Shown here: in pieces, positions 1-13,101 of the stretch | Numbering within the stretch: position 1 is the stretch's first letter | Layout: each line of letters opens with the position of its first letter | DNA from: Felis catus | Taxonomy: Eukaryota | Direction: 5' to 3' | DNA: 64,000 bases | Assembly: GCF_018350175.1 (NCBI RefSeq) | Contig: NC_058368.1 | Span: forward strand, 100,008,001-100,072,000 | Made by a program: the position numbers and the translations under genes | The notes under the pieces: model-generated | The model's input: only the letters and a program-made list of their open reading frames with translations | Database searches by the model: none | Told to the model about the DNA's origin: nothing

Positions 1-2274
1 ATTTGACAGAATTCAGCCTTCTTTCTTAATAAAAAACCTCGGGAAACTCGGGATAGAAGGAACATACTTAAACATCATAAAAGCGATTTATGAAAAGCCC
101 ACAGCTAATATCATCCTCAATGGGGAAAAACTGAGAGCTTTCCCCCTGAGATCAGGAACACAACAGGTATGTCCACTCTCACTGCTCTTGTTTAAATAGT
201 GTCAGATTCTAGGATCAGCAATCAGACAACAAAAGGAAATCATAGGCATCAAAATTGGCACAGATGAAGTCAAGCTTTCGCTTTTCGCAGATGACATGAT
301 ACTATACATGGAAAACCCAACAGACTCCACCAAAAGTCTACTAGAACTGATACATGAATTCAGCAAAGTCACAGGCTACAAAATTAATCTACAGAAGTCA
401 GTTGCATTCTTATACACTAATAATGAAGCAACAGAAAGACAAATAAAGAAACTGATCCCATTCACATTTGCACCAACAAGCTTAAAATACCTAGGAATAA
501 GCCTAACCAAAGATGTAAAAGATCTGTATGCTGAAAACTATAGAAAGCTTATGAAGGAAATTGAAGAAGATATAAAGAAATGGAAAAACATTCCGTGCTC
601 ATGTAATGGAAGAATAAATATTGATAAAATGTCAAAACTTCCCAAGCAATCTACACATTCAACGCAATCCCAATCAAAATTACACCAGCATTCTTCTCAA
701 AGCTAGAACAAGCAATCCTAAAATTCATATGGAACCACAAAAGGCCCCGAATAGCCAATGTAATATTGAAGAAGACCAAAGCGGGAGGCATCACAATCCC
801 AGACTTTAGCCTCTACTACAAAGCTGTAATCATCAAGACAGCATGGTATTGGCACAAAAACAGACACATAGACCAATGGAATAGAATAGAGACTCCAGAA
901 TTGGACCCACAAAAGTATGGCCAACTCATCTTTGACAAAGCAGGAAAGAATATCCAATGGAAAAAGGACAGTCTCTTTAACAAATGGTGCTGGGAGAACT
1001 GGACAGCAACATGCACAAGATTGAAACTAGACCACTTTCTCACACAATTCACAAAAATAAAATCAAAATGGATGAAGGACCTGAATGTGAGACAGGAAAC
1101 CATCAAAACCCTAGAGGAGAAAGCAGGAAAAAACCTCCCTGACCTCAGCCACAGCAATTTCTTACTTGACACATCTCCAAAGGCAAGGGAATTAAAAGCA
1201 AAAATGAACTATTGGGACCTCATGAAGATAAAAAGCTTCTGCACAGCAAAGGAAACAACCAACAAAACTAAAAGGCAACCAACGGAATGGGAAAAGATAT
1301 TTGCAAATGACATATCAGACAAAGGGCTAGTATCCAAAATCTATAAAGAGCTCACCAAAATCCCCACCCGAAAAACAAATAACCCAGTGAAGAAATGGGC
1401 AGAAAACATGATTAGACACTTCTCTGAAGAAGACATCTGGATGGCCAACAGGCACATGAAAAGATGCTCAACGTCACTCCTCATCAGGGAAATACAAATC
1501 AAAACCACACTCAGATATCACCTCACGCCAGTCAGACTGGCCAAAATGAACAAATCAGGAGACTATAGATGCTGGAGAGGATGTGGAGAAACAGGAACCC
1601 TCTTGCACTGTTGGTGGGAATGCAAATTGGTGCAGCTACTCTGGAAAACAGTGTGGAGGTTCCTCAAAAAATTAAAAGTAGACCTACTCTATGACCCAGC
1701 AATAGCACTGCTAGGAATTTACCCAAGGGATACAGGAGTACTGATGCATAGGGGCACTTGTACCCCAATGCTTATAGCAGCACTCTCAACAATAGTCAAA
1801 TTATGGAAAGAGCCTAAATGTCCATCAACGGATGTATGGATAAAAAAATTGTGGTTTATATACACAATGGAGTACTACGTGGCAATGAGAAAGAATGAAA
1901 TACGGCCCTTTGTAGCAACATGGATGGAACTGGAGAGTGTGATGCTAAGTGAAATAACCCATAATGAGAAAGACAGATACCATATGGTTTCACTCTTATG
2001 TGGATCCTGAGAAACTTAACAGAAACCCATGGGGGAGGGGAAGGAAAAAAAAAAAAAAGAGGTTAGAGTGGAAGAGAGCCAAAGCATAAGAGACTCTTAA
2101 AAACTGAGAACAAACTGAGGGTTGATGGGGGTGGGAGGGAGGGGAGGGTGGGTGATGGGCATTGAGGAGGGCACCTTTTGGGATGAGCACTGGGTGTTGT
2201 ATGGAAACCAATTTGACAATAAACTTCATATATTGAAAAAAAATAAAAAATAAAATTTACATATATATTTTGAA

Positions 2275-2306
<32 letters not shown>

Positions 2307-2335
2307 AAAGATTTTAAAAAATAAAAATAAAAACT
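1..2335 (+). mobile_element. LINE-1 (carnivore/felid type): 3' part of ORF2, 3' UTR and A-rich tail; continues off the left edge
   Basis: ORF2 peptides [13 protein letters not shown], the RT motif LFADDMILY (FADD at 284-295), [19 protein letters not shown] and the Cys-rich [18 protein letters not shown]; stop at 2010; G-rich 3' UTR; AATAAA at 2218-2223; A/(AAAT)n tail. Confidence 0.97.
2..2010 (+). pseudogene. Disrupted L1 ORF2p (reverse transcriptase and C-terminal domain)
   Basis: Frame breaks near ~195 (LLFK* where LLFNIV is expected) and ~645; the last 414 codons (766-2010) remain open. Confidence 0.93.
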
Positions 2336-3120
2336 GTTTTTTGGCACTATATGCTAAGTATCTTGGATGTAAATTTTAAAAAGTAAATAAAAAAAGAAAT
2401 AGATGCTTTGCTAAAACGTATAATAATTATTAAACATTAAATGTCTAAATTATAGATACTAATAGATTATTAAGAGCAGAAAAGAGAATCTCATACCCCT
2501 CAGGTCAAATCTCAGCAAAAACTTTAACTAGTTTCAAACATTAAACATTACATGGTTCAGCATAGTAATTTCTAAATGTCATTATGTCCAATACGTCCTA
2601 AATCTCTTAAATTGTACACAACATTTCCAATGGGCTTCCTTTGATTCTCTAATGTATTGACTTTTTTTAGACAGCTTTACATTGAAAGCATTTTCACTGA
2701 TCCTCCTGAGGACTTTCAAAATCTATCAAGCTAGTTATTTAGAACCTATCTGATAATTCAACCTCAGTTATTTGTACAATATCTACACATACCTGTACAC
2801 ACAGAAATGGACATTTAAGAAACACCATGAAAATAAGGACCTCATGAAAACCCCAAGAGAATCTGCTATTTACTTATCAAAATCCTAGATGGCCATTTTT
2901 TTTCCTTTTGAGAAGCTTTATCTCCGTTTTTTTTTTTTTCCTGATTGTTTCTGCACACAAATAAATAGCAGATAAGATTGTGCGTTCAGGATTTATTCAA
3001 AGAAAGTACTCATTTTTGTGGGACTGTTCTTCATTTATCCAGATCATAGTTTCTTAATTTATATTTTAATGTAAAACACCATTTTTTTTAAAAAACAGAA
3101 ACTTAAAGTAGTTCATCTTA

Positions 3121-3350
3121 GGGGTACCCGGGTGGCTCAAGTTGGTTGAACTTCGGAGTCTTGATCTCAGCTCAGGTCATGATCTTAACAGTTTGTGAGT
3201 TTAAGCCCCACTTTGGGCTCTGTGCTGACAGCATGGAGTCTGCTCGGGATTCTCGCTCCCTTCTCTCCCTGATCCTCCCTTGCTTGGTTCTTTCTCTCTC
3301 TTTCTCTCTCAAAAATCAGTATTTTTTTAAAAAATACAAAAAATAAAAAA
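3121..3350 (+). mobile_element. CAN-SINE (tRNA-derived)
   Basis: Head GGGGTACCCGGGTGGCTCA, GCTCAGGTCATGATC body, CT-rich region, A tail. Confidence 0.9.
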
Positions 3351-3610
3351 ATATGGTAGTTTAACTATATTTGTCTAAGACTTCCATACACTGAAACCCA
3401 TGATTCCAAATGGTTGATCCTTTTACCAGATTTTATAGCCTCACAATTGCCAAACACCAGTAGACCTATATGGCACTACAGTTAGAAGTTAGAGATGTGA
3501 CCAAAGGAACCTCATTCCCTCATAACATAAAAATGTATAATATAACACAGTTGCTCCCCAAATGTGGGGAACTTAACACTGAATACTTGATATGGTTCGG
3601 TTAGTACACA

Positions 3611-3826
3611 TTTAAAAAAATTTTTTTTACGTTTATTTGTTTTTGAAAGACAGAGAGACAGAGAACGAGCTGGGAAGGGACAGAGAGAAAGACACAGAAT
3701 CCAAAGCAGGCTCCAGGCTCCAAGCTGACAGCACAGAGCCTGATGTGGGGCTTGAACTCAGAAACTGCGAGATCATGACCTGAGCTGAAGTTGGATGCTT
3801 AACTGACTGAGCCATCCAGGCGCTCC
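3611..3826 (-). mobile_element. CAN-SINE
   Basis: Reverse-complement SINE body ending GCCATCCAGGCGCTCC. Confidence 0.92.
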
Positions 3827-4667
3827 CACATTTTTAATTCTGATGTAATGTACTTACTACATTTTAATATAAAAACATATTACTAATACATCAAAATTGT
3901 GATAGTATTGTAAGGACAAAGTAAAACAATACATAAGTTTTGTTTTAGGTCATTTTAACAGACAATAAGGAGGTAAATAATAGGTGGGCATGGCATAAGG
4001 ACAATACAAAACTTACGAAAATTCTGTAAGAATGACTTAAGTTCGAAAAACAGTAATATAATTGAAAAATAGTTGAAGGTTGGCTATAGTCTCAAAAGAA
4101 GCATCAAAATCAGGACATCTTAAATTACCATAACTAATTCATAGTTGTTACTGAAGTTAAAAAAGAGAATAATTTGGTTCCATATTAGTGGGTAATATCT
4201 TCAGGCATATCTCAAAGCTAATGTTTTATTCAATGTGACATTACAAGCATTTACTTTTACAAACCAAGCCAAGAAATAAATGTGCTGCATTTTAAATAAT
4301 GTATAATATTTATAGATTTTCTCCCACTCAGATATGTGCTTTACTCTGTAAAGGACAATAAATACCAAGGGCCTGAAAAGATTTGTAAGTGCTCCTTAAA
4401 AGCCTTTCTAGAAATTTATTTGAGCCACAAATATTAGGTACCATGTAAAATAAAGCAAAACTAAGAGTAAAGTAGATTCCATTCCTGACACTGCATTATA
4501 GTAAGAATGTGACAAAAAGCAGGTTCCATTTAACAGGTGCAAAGGAAAAGGAGAACAATGTTGTATTTGTAAAAGTCAGATTAGATAAAGTTTTAAATTT
4601 TGACCACTCTCTCAAATTGTGTGAAATATGTTTTTTATTTTGTAGGGGAAATTAAATACAATTAATG

Positions 4668-5013
4668 CTTTTTAAGTTTCTCCATTTTGAGAAAGCCCAT
4701 GCACGTGTGCGAGTTGGGGAGGGGGAGAGGGGGAGAAGGAGAGAAGGAGAGAGGGAGAGAGGGAGAGAGAGAGAGAGGGAGAGAGGGAGAGAGGGAGAGA
4801 GGGAGAGAGGGAGAGAGGGAGAGAGGGAGAGAGGGAGAGAGGGAGAGAGGGAGAGACAGAGAGAGAAAGAAAGAGAGAGAGAGAGAATCCCAAACAGTGT
4901 TCGCGCTATCAGCTCAGTATCCAATGTGGGCTCGATCTTACAAACCATGAGATCATGACCTGAGCCAAAACCAAGAGTTGAATGCTTAACCAGCTGAGCC
5001 ACCCAGGCACCCC
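4668..5013 (-). mobile_element. CAN-SINE with expanded GA-rich repeat
   Basis: SINE head at ~4930-5013; GAGAGAGG-type array at ~4717-4884. Confidence 0.9.
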
Positions 5014-5421
5014 TACAGTCAATTTTTAAAATAAAATTCTTTAAATAATATATGATATATGGCCTTTATTTCTATTTGGGACATAAGCTTCCACTTTGCG
5101 CTCTTCTTTTTAGAAGATAATGCCAAACTATAAATACAAATTTAAAATAGACAGTATTAGAGTATTCAAGATACAAGTGCTTCAATACTTTCTGAAAAAG
5201 TCAATAGCATGGTAATTCAGAAGCATAAAAGACATATGTGATTCCAAATGTAAAATTCATATAATGTACTCTATGTAAATGATATGTTAAAAAAAAAGTC
5301 AGAAATATTATAGGATGATGTGCACTGAGAATTACAGCTCCTGATAATAGTCAGTGCTGACTGAAAATGATTTCATGGAGGTAATCCAAAAATAACAAAT
5401 TATACTTTGAAAGGCTTTATC

Positions 5422-5645
5422 AGGGCAGCTGGGTGACTCCATCGGTTATGCGTCCCACTTCGGCTCAGGTCATGATCTCATGGTTTGTGAGTTTGAGCCC
5501 CACGTTGGGCTCTGTGCTGACAGCTCAGAGCCTGGAGCCTGCATCGTATTCTGTGTCTCCCTCTTTCTCTCTGCCCCTCCCCAACTTGTACTCTGTCTGT
5601 CTCTGTCTCTCAAAAATAAATAAATAAATAAATGTAAAAAAATTA
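5422..5645 (+). mobile_element. CAN-SINE
   Basis: CTTCGGCTCAGGTCATGATCTC...CTCAGAGCCTGGAGCC, AATAAA tail. Confidence 0.92.
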
Positions 5646-6039
5646 TTTAAAGGGTTTGTCATAAAAATTATCACAGACAGTAGCTGGGGGGCGGGGGTGG
5701 GAATCAGGGAGCTGAGCCTCAGGAACTCTAGTCAGCTTGTAAGATCAATCAAACGTATGTCCATCGAGATTAATGTACACAGCTTCAGTACAGCAAAGGG
5801 ATTGGCAAAGTCATTAAGGCTAACTGTAGAGATACACAACATGTACACACAGCAAGCACCATCACAAAACCCTCTCTGGTCTCCACTAGAGGAGGAGCAA
5901 GTGGAAGAGACTGTAGACAATAATTCTATTTGCCTTCAATTTTTAAAAGTAGGGTTTGAATCAAGTACTCATTCTTACCACTCTGATATTTTATTGATAA
6001 ACATTTTTTCCTCCTTTTCACATGGTTCTTTCAATCTGC

Positions 6040-6210
6040 CTTTTCTTTCCTCTCTCCCTTCCTCCCTTCCTCCCTTCCTTCCTTCCTTCCTTCCTTCCTT
6101 CCTTCCTTCCTTCCTTCCTTCCTTCTTTCCTTCCTCACTCTCTCCCTCCCTCCCTTCTTTTCTTCCTTCCTTACTTCCCTCTTTCTCAGTTTCTTTTTTT
6201 GTTTCTTTCT
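6040..6210. repeat. (CCTT)n/(CT)-rich simple repeat
   Basis: Directly visible polypyrimidine tetranucleotide array. Confidence 0.95.
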
Positions 6211-8004
6211 GACTAAATCCAGTTGTTTATAATATTATATTGTTCAGGACTATCGTGATCAATGGTCCTTACAGGGCCTCTCTGGTTTTGTATCTCTTGT
6301 TATATTGTTTGTATCATTTATTCCCTTCAATCATTCTCTTCTACCAAACATTCAGGTGTTAGCTTCATATAGATTTACCCAAGAAAGGTGATAGCGTCAA
6401 ATGTGACCATAACTTAGAATTTAAAAGGATGGTGTTCAATTAATCTTTTGTTTTTTACTCCCTATTTACAATCTAAATTCACTCTCTGTCCTCTACATAG
6501 CATTCCAAAGTATATATATGGCACATTGGTGGTGTCCAATACCCCAACAGCAATTAATCTTCCTGGGAAATAGAAATTCTAACAATATAAGGTTGTTACT
6601 GCTGTGATTAAATTTGTTTAACACAACCTGCTGATTTCAAAATAATATATTTTTTTCTAACGTGTCTACTCCTTAATCCTATAACAAGTTAAAGTCCTTT
6701 CATTTCTGAAAATGAGAAAGATATACATAATGAATAAATAAAGCATGTAGTTAATCTTTCACAACTAACCTTTAGCAGAAAAAGACTGTCAAATTATCTT
6801 CTTCCCACGCAATTTATCACAGTCTTTTGTTTTCTGAAAAAGTGGAGAGATGTCCTTGAGCCAGAAAGCTTCATAGGACATATTTGATGAGTTCCTAAGG
6901 ATACATATGAAATGTCAAAGAAATATTGCTACCGGACATTTTAGTACCTTAATGAGATCCTTTAACCCTTCCTTCTACTCTCTAGCTTTCCCTTATGGAC
7001 TCCGATTGCTTATTACCTTAACAACAGTAGAATATGTTACTAATGTGACTACAAAATCTCTAGACCAAAATTCAAGTTCTTTAGCTTGATGAGAAAGGCA
7101 TCAAAAATTGCCTTTAACAAAAATTGTCAGTCTTTGCTACCATTTCTTTGTTCTAAGGACCTCTGTATTTTAGGTTAATTGTACTACTACAACATCCCAA
7201 CTAGAAACGTGAATTTAGAACTACAAGAAAAAAGAATATATATTTGGGAAACGATGAATTTAGATGACTTAACCTCACATAGCTGCTGTGGGGGGTAAAT
7301 AAAGTACATATGGATAGCGCCTAGCATAGTAGTGCTTAGTAAAAAGTACTAAATTCGTATTAATTTCTCCTCCCATCTCCTCTTCCTTGAAATCCCACTT
7401 TGGTCTCTTTCTTATTTTGGATTTCCTCAATGACCAAGTGTCCAAAATCTTAGCCAACTGACAAATCACCTTTTTAACAAAGTCTTCTCATGTCACTATT
7501 CTTAAAGAATTTTTACTTGAGTGTAATGACAATATCTCCTGTCAAAACTTCTAAAAAAGTGAGTGATGTAAACACAGTGGAAACTCAAAAATTATTTTTG
7601 AATGAACAATTTAAAACTGAAATGGTGAGTTCGGGTGTGAGTTCAGGGATAAAGATCCTTGATTCATTCATGAAGATCCAACATGTTCTGGGTATAATTC
7701 AAATAGACTGCGTAAAAATAAACCAAGGTTCTACTGTCGGGGGGGTGAGCACATACACAAAAGTACTTCCAACTACTTGCTGAGAGTTCTCAACTTCAAC
7801 ATTTCATGTTTAAGAGCAAAACAAGTATAGGGGACTGGTCATAAAAATGAAGAATACCTGGTCCCTATACTATGACTCTTTTTCTCCAAAACCTATTATT
7901 CTGCAGCTTGAAGCTATTTATTTAGGCTATATCATTGATACTTATTGTCATCTTACGCGACTGACCTGCCAGCCAGCTTTTGGAGCTGCATATTCACATA
8001 ACTC

Positions 8005-8050
8005 TGGTGACCGTATGTCCCAGTTTGCCTAGGACACTCATCATTTATAA
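8005..8050 (+). mobile_element. MER94-like hAT-Blackjack MITE fragment
   Basis: GGTGACCGTATGTCCCAGTTTGCCTAGGACA resembles the MER94 left end as I recall it. Confidence 0.5.
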
Positions 8051-8531
8051 TATGAGGAGCCCCACACTGTCACAGGCAAAATGCAATGTGGGACTCAACA
8101 TTCCATTACATTCTCCTAGTAAAATATCCTTACAACAGGGTATTATTAATTTTTAATATTTATGTTTTGAATATTTAAGTTTTAACTTAATATTTAATTG
8201 TGAAAGTAAGAGAAAGGTAATCTCATAAAATTGTTTTTAATTACAAATAAGACCTCTGCTTTTATCTTACCAATTAGACTACTCATAGTCTTATCAATAA
8301 TGTTTAAAATTTGACTACCACCCACCATCCTAGTCCTCTTTCCTATAATAGTATAAACACCCCAGTGAGTTTGCCATGAAACCATCCAGGTAACTCCTTG
8401 TGTATCATATTTACCTATATACATGTCTAGCGGTAATAAAAAAAAGTATTATCTTTTAACTGAAGGGAGTGGTTACATAAATTGTATCACACTGTCGAAC
8501 TAATAGTTCAACTTGCTTTTTCCACACAACG

Positions 8532-8570
8532 TTTTTTTTAATTATTTTTTTCTAAAGTTTATTTATGCAT

Positions 8571-8617
<47 letters not shown>

Positions 8618-8781
8618 ACGCAGAGGAGGGGCAGAGAGAGAGGGAGGGAGAGAATCCCAAGCAGGCTCCGCGCTGTCTGCACAGAAACAAAGACAAGGCT
8701 CAATCCCACGAATTGTAAGACCATGACCTGAACCAAAATCAAGACTCTAACACTTAACCTACTGAGCCACCCAGGCACGCG
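8532..8781 (-). mobile_element. CAN-SINE with long (GA)n
   Basis: Reverse SINE; perfect (AG)n at ~8574-8616. Confidence 0.92.
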
Positions 8782-8869
8782 TCCACTGAACATTTTGTAA
8801 GTGGTTATTGTTGAGGTAAATAAATTGATTAATGAGATAAAGACATGTAGAAAATTATGTTTTTAATTT

Positions 8870-10760
8870 TTGCATTTGGCCTCATGTTTTTCCAGTTTGA
8901 TGAACTCTCCAACACATACAATTCATGTGTCTACTCATTTTAATTTTTTCTTGGTTAATTTTGGTTTTCTATATGGCCCTAGAAAATTGTCACTGTCTCT
9001 AGATGTCCTAATTTTTTTTCATAAAGTCTGTCATCACCTTTGTACCACTACCTGGTAGCACTGCAAGTAATAACAAGCTGAAGTTATGTGTGCTTTCTGC
9101 TTTCTTCATGATGGCATTTACCAAAGGTTCTTTTTATTATTAGTTTCAAAAGAATATTAGTTTCACTGATAAAATCTTCTGAGTTTTTTATGTTTTATTT
9201 TTAATATTTCTGCCTTCTTTTCTATTAATTTCAGTACTGAACTCGATGGAGGTATATTTTATTTTTAGTCTTCTTAAAGTTCATTTCATTTACTTTCACT
9301 ATTTCATTAGTTTTATCATGTATTTAAGTCCTAAATTTTTTGAGTGCTCTGCTTTAGCCACAACCACAAATTGGGATACACACGTGTGTGGGATACACAC
9401 ATATTTGTTCAGTTATGAATACCTTATAATAGCCATCTCCATTTCCCCTTGGACACAAACATCATTTAGAATTGTGTTCTTATCTTCTAGTCATGTACTT
9501 TCCTGATTATTGATATCTAATTGCACTGTATTGTGATCAGGAAATGTGATCTGCAGGAAAACAATTCTTCCTGTTTGTTAAGATTTCTTCCAAGGTTAAA
9601 CATAAATTATTTGAAGACTATTTTTACATGTTTGAAAAAATACATATTCTATATTTTGAGAATAGGAAATTCATGCAATTCTATTAGATCAACCCTAGCA
9701 TTTAAAGTTGTAATTTTCAACAATCTTAATTTATTTTAATCTTTTAAGCTATTTTTCCAAGTGATAAATATTAAAAGTTCCAGTATGGGGGCAGCTGGGT
9801 GGCTCAGTTAAGTGTATGACTCATGGGTTCAGCTCAGGTCATTATCTCACAGTTCTGAGTTTGAGCCCTATGTCAGGCTCTGCACTGACAGTGTGGAGCC
9901 TGCTTGAGATTCTCTCTCTCTCCCTCTCTCTCCTCATCCCCTGCTCACTCATGCATGCATGTTATCTCTCTCTCAAAAATAAATTTTTTAAAAAATTAAA
10001 TATTTTTAAAAATAGTTCCCACTATGATTGTAGATTTTATATTTTTCAAATTGTGTAATAAATTCCAAGCAGATTTTTGTTCTTCATGATGAACTGTTCT
10101 TATGATGGGGAAACAGTCCTCTATGTTCCTCTGCTTATTTAGTGTTGTCATGAACATGTGTATAAATGTCTCTTACTGGATTTACCTGGATTTAAAGGGT
10201 TTTAAATTAATTTGAACTCCTATTTTTTTTAATAAGTATATTTAACATATTCACATTCATTGTGGTTACTCCTATGTTTGTATTTTTTACTGTATCATTT
10301 TATATTTTAATTTTTACTTCACTTTTTGTTTTTTCTTCTTTTGTGCCTTTTGTTGGGGGGGGGGAGGTCTTATGTCTTTTTGTTCTTTTTTCCCCTATTG
10401 GTTTTACATTATACACTCTGTTTTCTTCTAGTCATTAGGAAATTGCCATCACTTGCACTTATTTTTAATAGCATCTAGAGTTCATCAATATTCTCCACTT
10501 TAACAGAACATTAATATGCTATATCGTATTCCTTCTCTCTACTTGCTTCTGTTGCTCAATGTCCCATGTTGATATGGTTTGGAATTTTCTTTTCATATTG
10601 TTTTTAAGCATTTTAAAGGTTCTATACTTAGAGTTAGCAAAGCTTCTTAATTTATTTTCTCCCTGCTGATTTTTGAATTTCACTAATAGCTCATTCATTT
10701 TTATTTTACTGGAACAATCCTTTAGTAATTCTTTCTAAGGATGCTTTATTTTTGAAATCA
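8870..10760 (-). mobile_element. Old L1M-type LINE fragments (antisense), interrupted by a SINE
   Basis: T-rich sequence with motifs typical of antisense old L1 ORF2; highly degraded. Confidence 0.5.
9787..10012 (+). mobile_element. CAN-SINE
   Basis: SINE head and body; degenerate TSD AGTTCCCAGTATG / AGTTCCCACTATG. Confidence 0.92.
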
Positions 10761-11572
10761 AGCTATTTTGGTTTTGTCATAATAATTTGGAATTTATTGG
10801 AACCTATAGAAATATTTTGGAACTTACAGTAATCTATAGGAATAATTTACAAGTTTAATCATTTACTTTTAGTTATATACTTACCAATATAAGTACAACT
10901 TTATAAAATATATTTGGTCCCATACTTTTATAGAAAGTTGCCTTTGACTACCACTGCTACTCACTATGAATAATTAGGAAATTTTAATACTGCTAATTTT
11001 TCTCTCCTCATTTTCTTCTCTATCACCTAACTTGGACTAGTTATATAACTAACTTCTTCAAGTGTTTATCTTCAAAGTTTCTGAAATAATACTCTGTACT
11101 TATTACTTTACCTATTAGTTCAGACATGACCTAAAACTAAAAGTCAGTTTTCTTACATCACCAAAATCCATTCTGACTTTTAAAAGCTCTAATTCTAATT
11201 GCATTTGTTCCATACTTTTCGTTAAAGAACTACAGAATGCTCATTGGTAAAGCTTCAGATGTCAAAGCCTCTATTGTCTGTGGCAAGTATGGGGCATTCA
11301 ATTGAAATTTACTTAGAGACAAGAAGTCTGTAAGTGTATATACTACTTAAATCCTGAACTGTTTTTTTTCAAAGTTTTTCGGGGTCAATTACCTTTTAAA
11401 AAACTCTGCCTTCTCAGATATAGTGTGTATTACCAATCTAACGGCATTTAATTGTATGACATATCAATTTCACAGTTTTCATAACATAGGATTCTAGGAC
11501 AAGGGAGAGAAAAAGCCTAGGATGTGCTAGAATAACTATGTTGCAGAAGTGTCTAAAATTAAGATCACCACT

Positions 11573-11796
11573 GGGGAACCTGGGTGGCTTTGTTGGTGAA
11601 GCATCCGACCTCGACTCAGGTCAAGATCTCATGGTTCACGAGTTTGAGCCCGCAAGTTTGAGTCTCCTGTCGGGCTCTGTGCTGACAGCTCAGAGCTTGA
11701 CTTGCTTCAGAATCTGTGTCTTCCTCTCTCTCTGCCCCTCCCACCCTTGTGCTGTCTCTCTGTCTCTCAAAAAACAAAAACAAAAACAAAAACCAA
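11573..11796 (+). mobile_element. CAN-SINE
   Basis: GGGGAACCTGGGTGGC head, CTGTGCTGACAGCTCAGAGC body, (CAAAAA)n tail. Confidence 0.88.
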
Positions 11797-12769
11797 AGAC
11801 CACTCAAATTGTATCTGTCAGTTTTGTACAGGAAACAAATTATTCTGAACCCAAAATAAATTTTCAAAAAGAAATGTAAATTGGAAATCACAGTAAGAAT
11901 AATAATACTGAAAAAAATAGACATTGAAAAAATAACAGTTATGGGAAGGGTTGGATTTTAAGATAGCAAAAGGTGGGGAAGATTTCAGAAGTAGTATGAA
12001 AGGGTTAACAGGGTTAACAACTGTCGCATATAGGGAGGAGGGGGAATAAAGGAATTAAAATCATTCCAAGTATCCATTGCAACTACTAAAATTGTTCATT
12101 ATCTTTACTATTTGTCAGTCTACAAGACTAATGCATGCTGGTTATAAAATATTTAAGTGTAATAGAACTTTGTAACATAGAAAGAAGTCTTCCATGATCC
12201 AAGCCCAAAGAAAACAAATTAGATTTTTTAAAAGCATACACACACTTTATCAATGTTTTTTTTTTTAATTTGTTTTGTGTTTCTGTCTGTTTTTAGGCAT
12301 TTACAACATTTAATAGTTTGAGATTCCTTTTGACAAAACAAGGGCATAGATGGGACACAATATGTTTAATTGGCCCCTTATTAGGCAACAATTTCTTGTT
12401 TCCAATTTTTCACAATTTGCAAATGAGAGTATGATGAATATTCTCAAATGATATGAGTGTTCTGTAAATGTATGTGTACATTTAAGTGTACCCATAGTCC
12501 TCAAAATAAGATTGCCAAATCAGAGGGTATAAAAAGTTTGCATTTTAATGCATATCACTAAATTTCTCTAAAAATTACTAGAACACTAGAATATTAAACT
12601 ATTAAAAGCAGTGGCCTTTCTCCCACATTGTCCTCAACACTGGATAAGAAATTAAATATATTGATTTTAAGAGTTGTTACAACATTCTATTAAAAACACT
12701 CTTTCCTATCCCCTCAGGACAGCACAAAGAATAGAACTGTACTAAAAATACCAGTATTGACAGGAGACA

Positions 12770-12862
12770 GGTGCATGGCTGGCTCAGTTGGTGGAGCATG
12801 GGACTCCTGATCTTGGAGTAGTGAGTTCGAGCCCCACGTTGAATGTAGATATTATATTTAAA
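12770..12862 (+). mobile_element. Short tRNA-like CAN-SINE (old short form); rest of its tail at ~13102-13124
   Basis: Pol III A box TGGCTCAGTTGG and B box GAGTTCGAGCC; no CT-rich body. Confidence 0.8.
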
Positions 12863-12870
12863 TACAATCG

Positions 12871-13101
12871 TTTTTTAAATTTTTTAAATGTTTATTTTTT
12901 GAGGGAGAGAGAAAGTGAGACAGACAGAACACGAGTAGGGGAGGGGCAGAGAGAAAGGGAGACCCGCAATCTGAAGCAGGCTCCAGGCTCTGAGCTGTCA
13001 TGAGAGCACAGAACCTGCTGCAGGGCTCGAACCCAGGGACCACAAGACCGTGACCTAAGCCGAAGTCAGACATTCAACCGACGGAGGCACCCAGGTGCCC
13101 C
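12871..13101 (-). mobile_element. CAN-SINE nested in the tail of the short SINE
   Basis: Reverse SINE ending CCCAGGTGCCCC. Confidence 0.92.

Noticed and set aside
766..2010. 414-aa ORF as a functional gene or active L1
   Set aside because: It is the C-terminal part of L1 ORF2 with a non-ATG start; upstream RT sequence is frameshifted
4652..6216. Low-complexity ORFs (ERERGREG, LSLSPS, PSFL repeats); similar ORFs at 23297-23657 and 40693-41122
   Set aside because: Open only because GA, CT and TG microsatellites lack stop codons
12770..12845. tRNA gene
   Set aside because: A and B boxes are present, but it has SINE flanks and a TSD and no convincing cloverleaf; it is a tRNA-derived SINE
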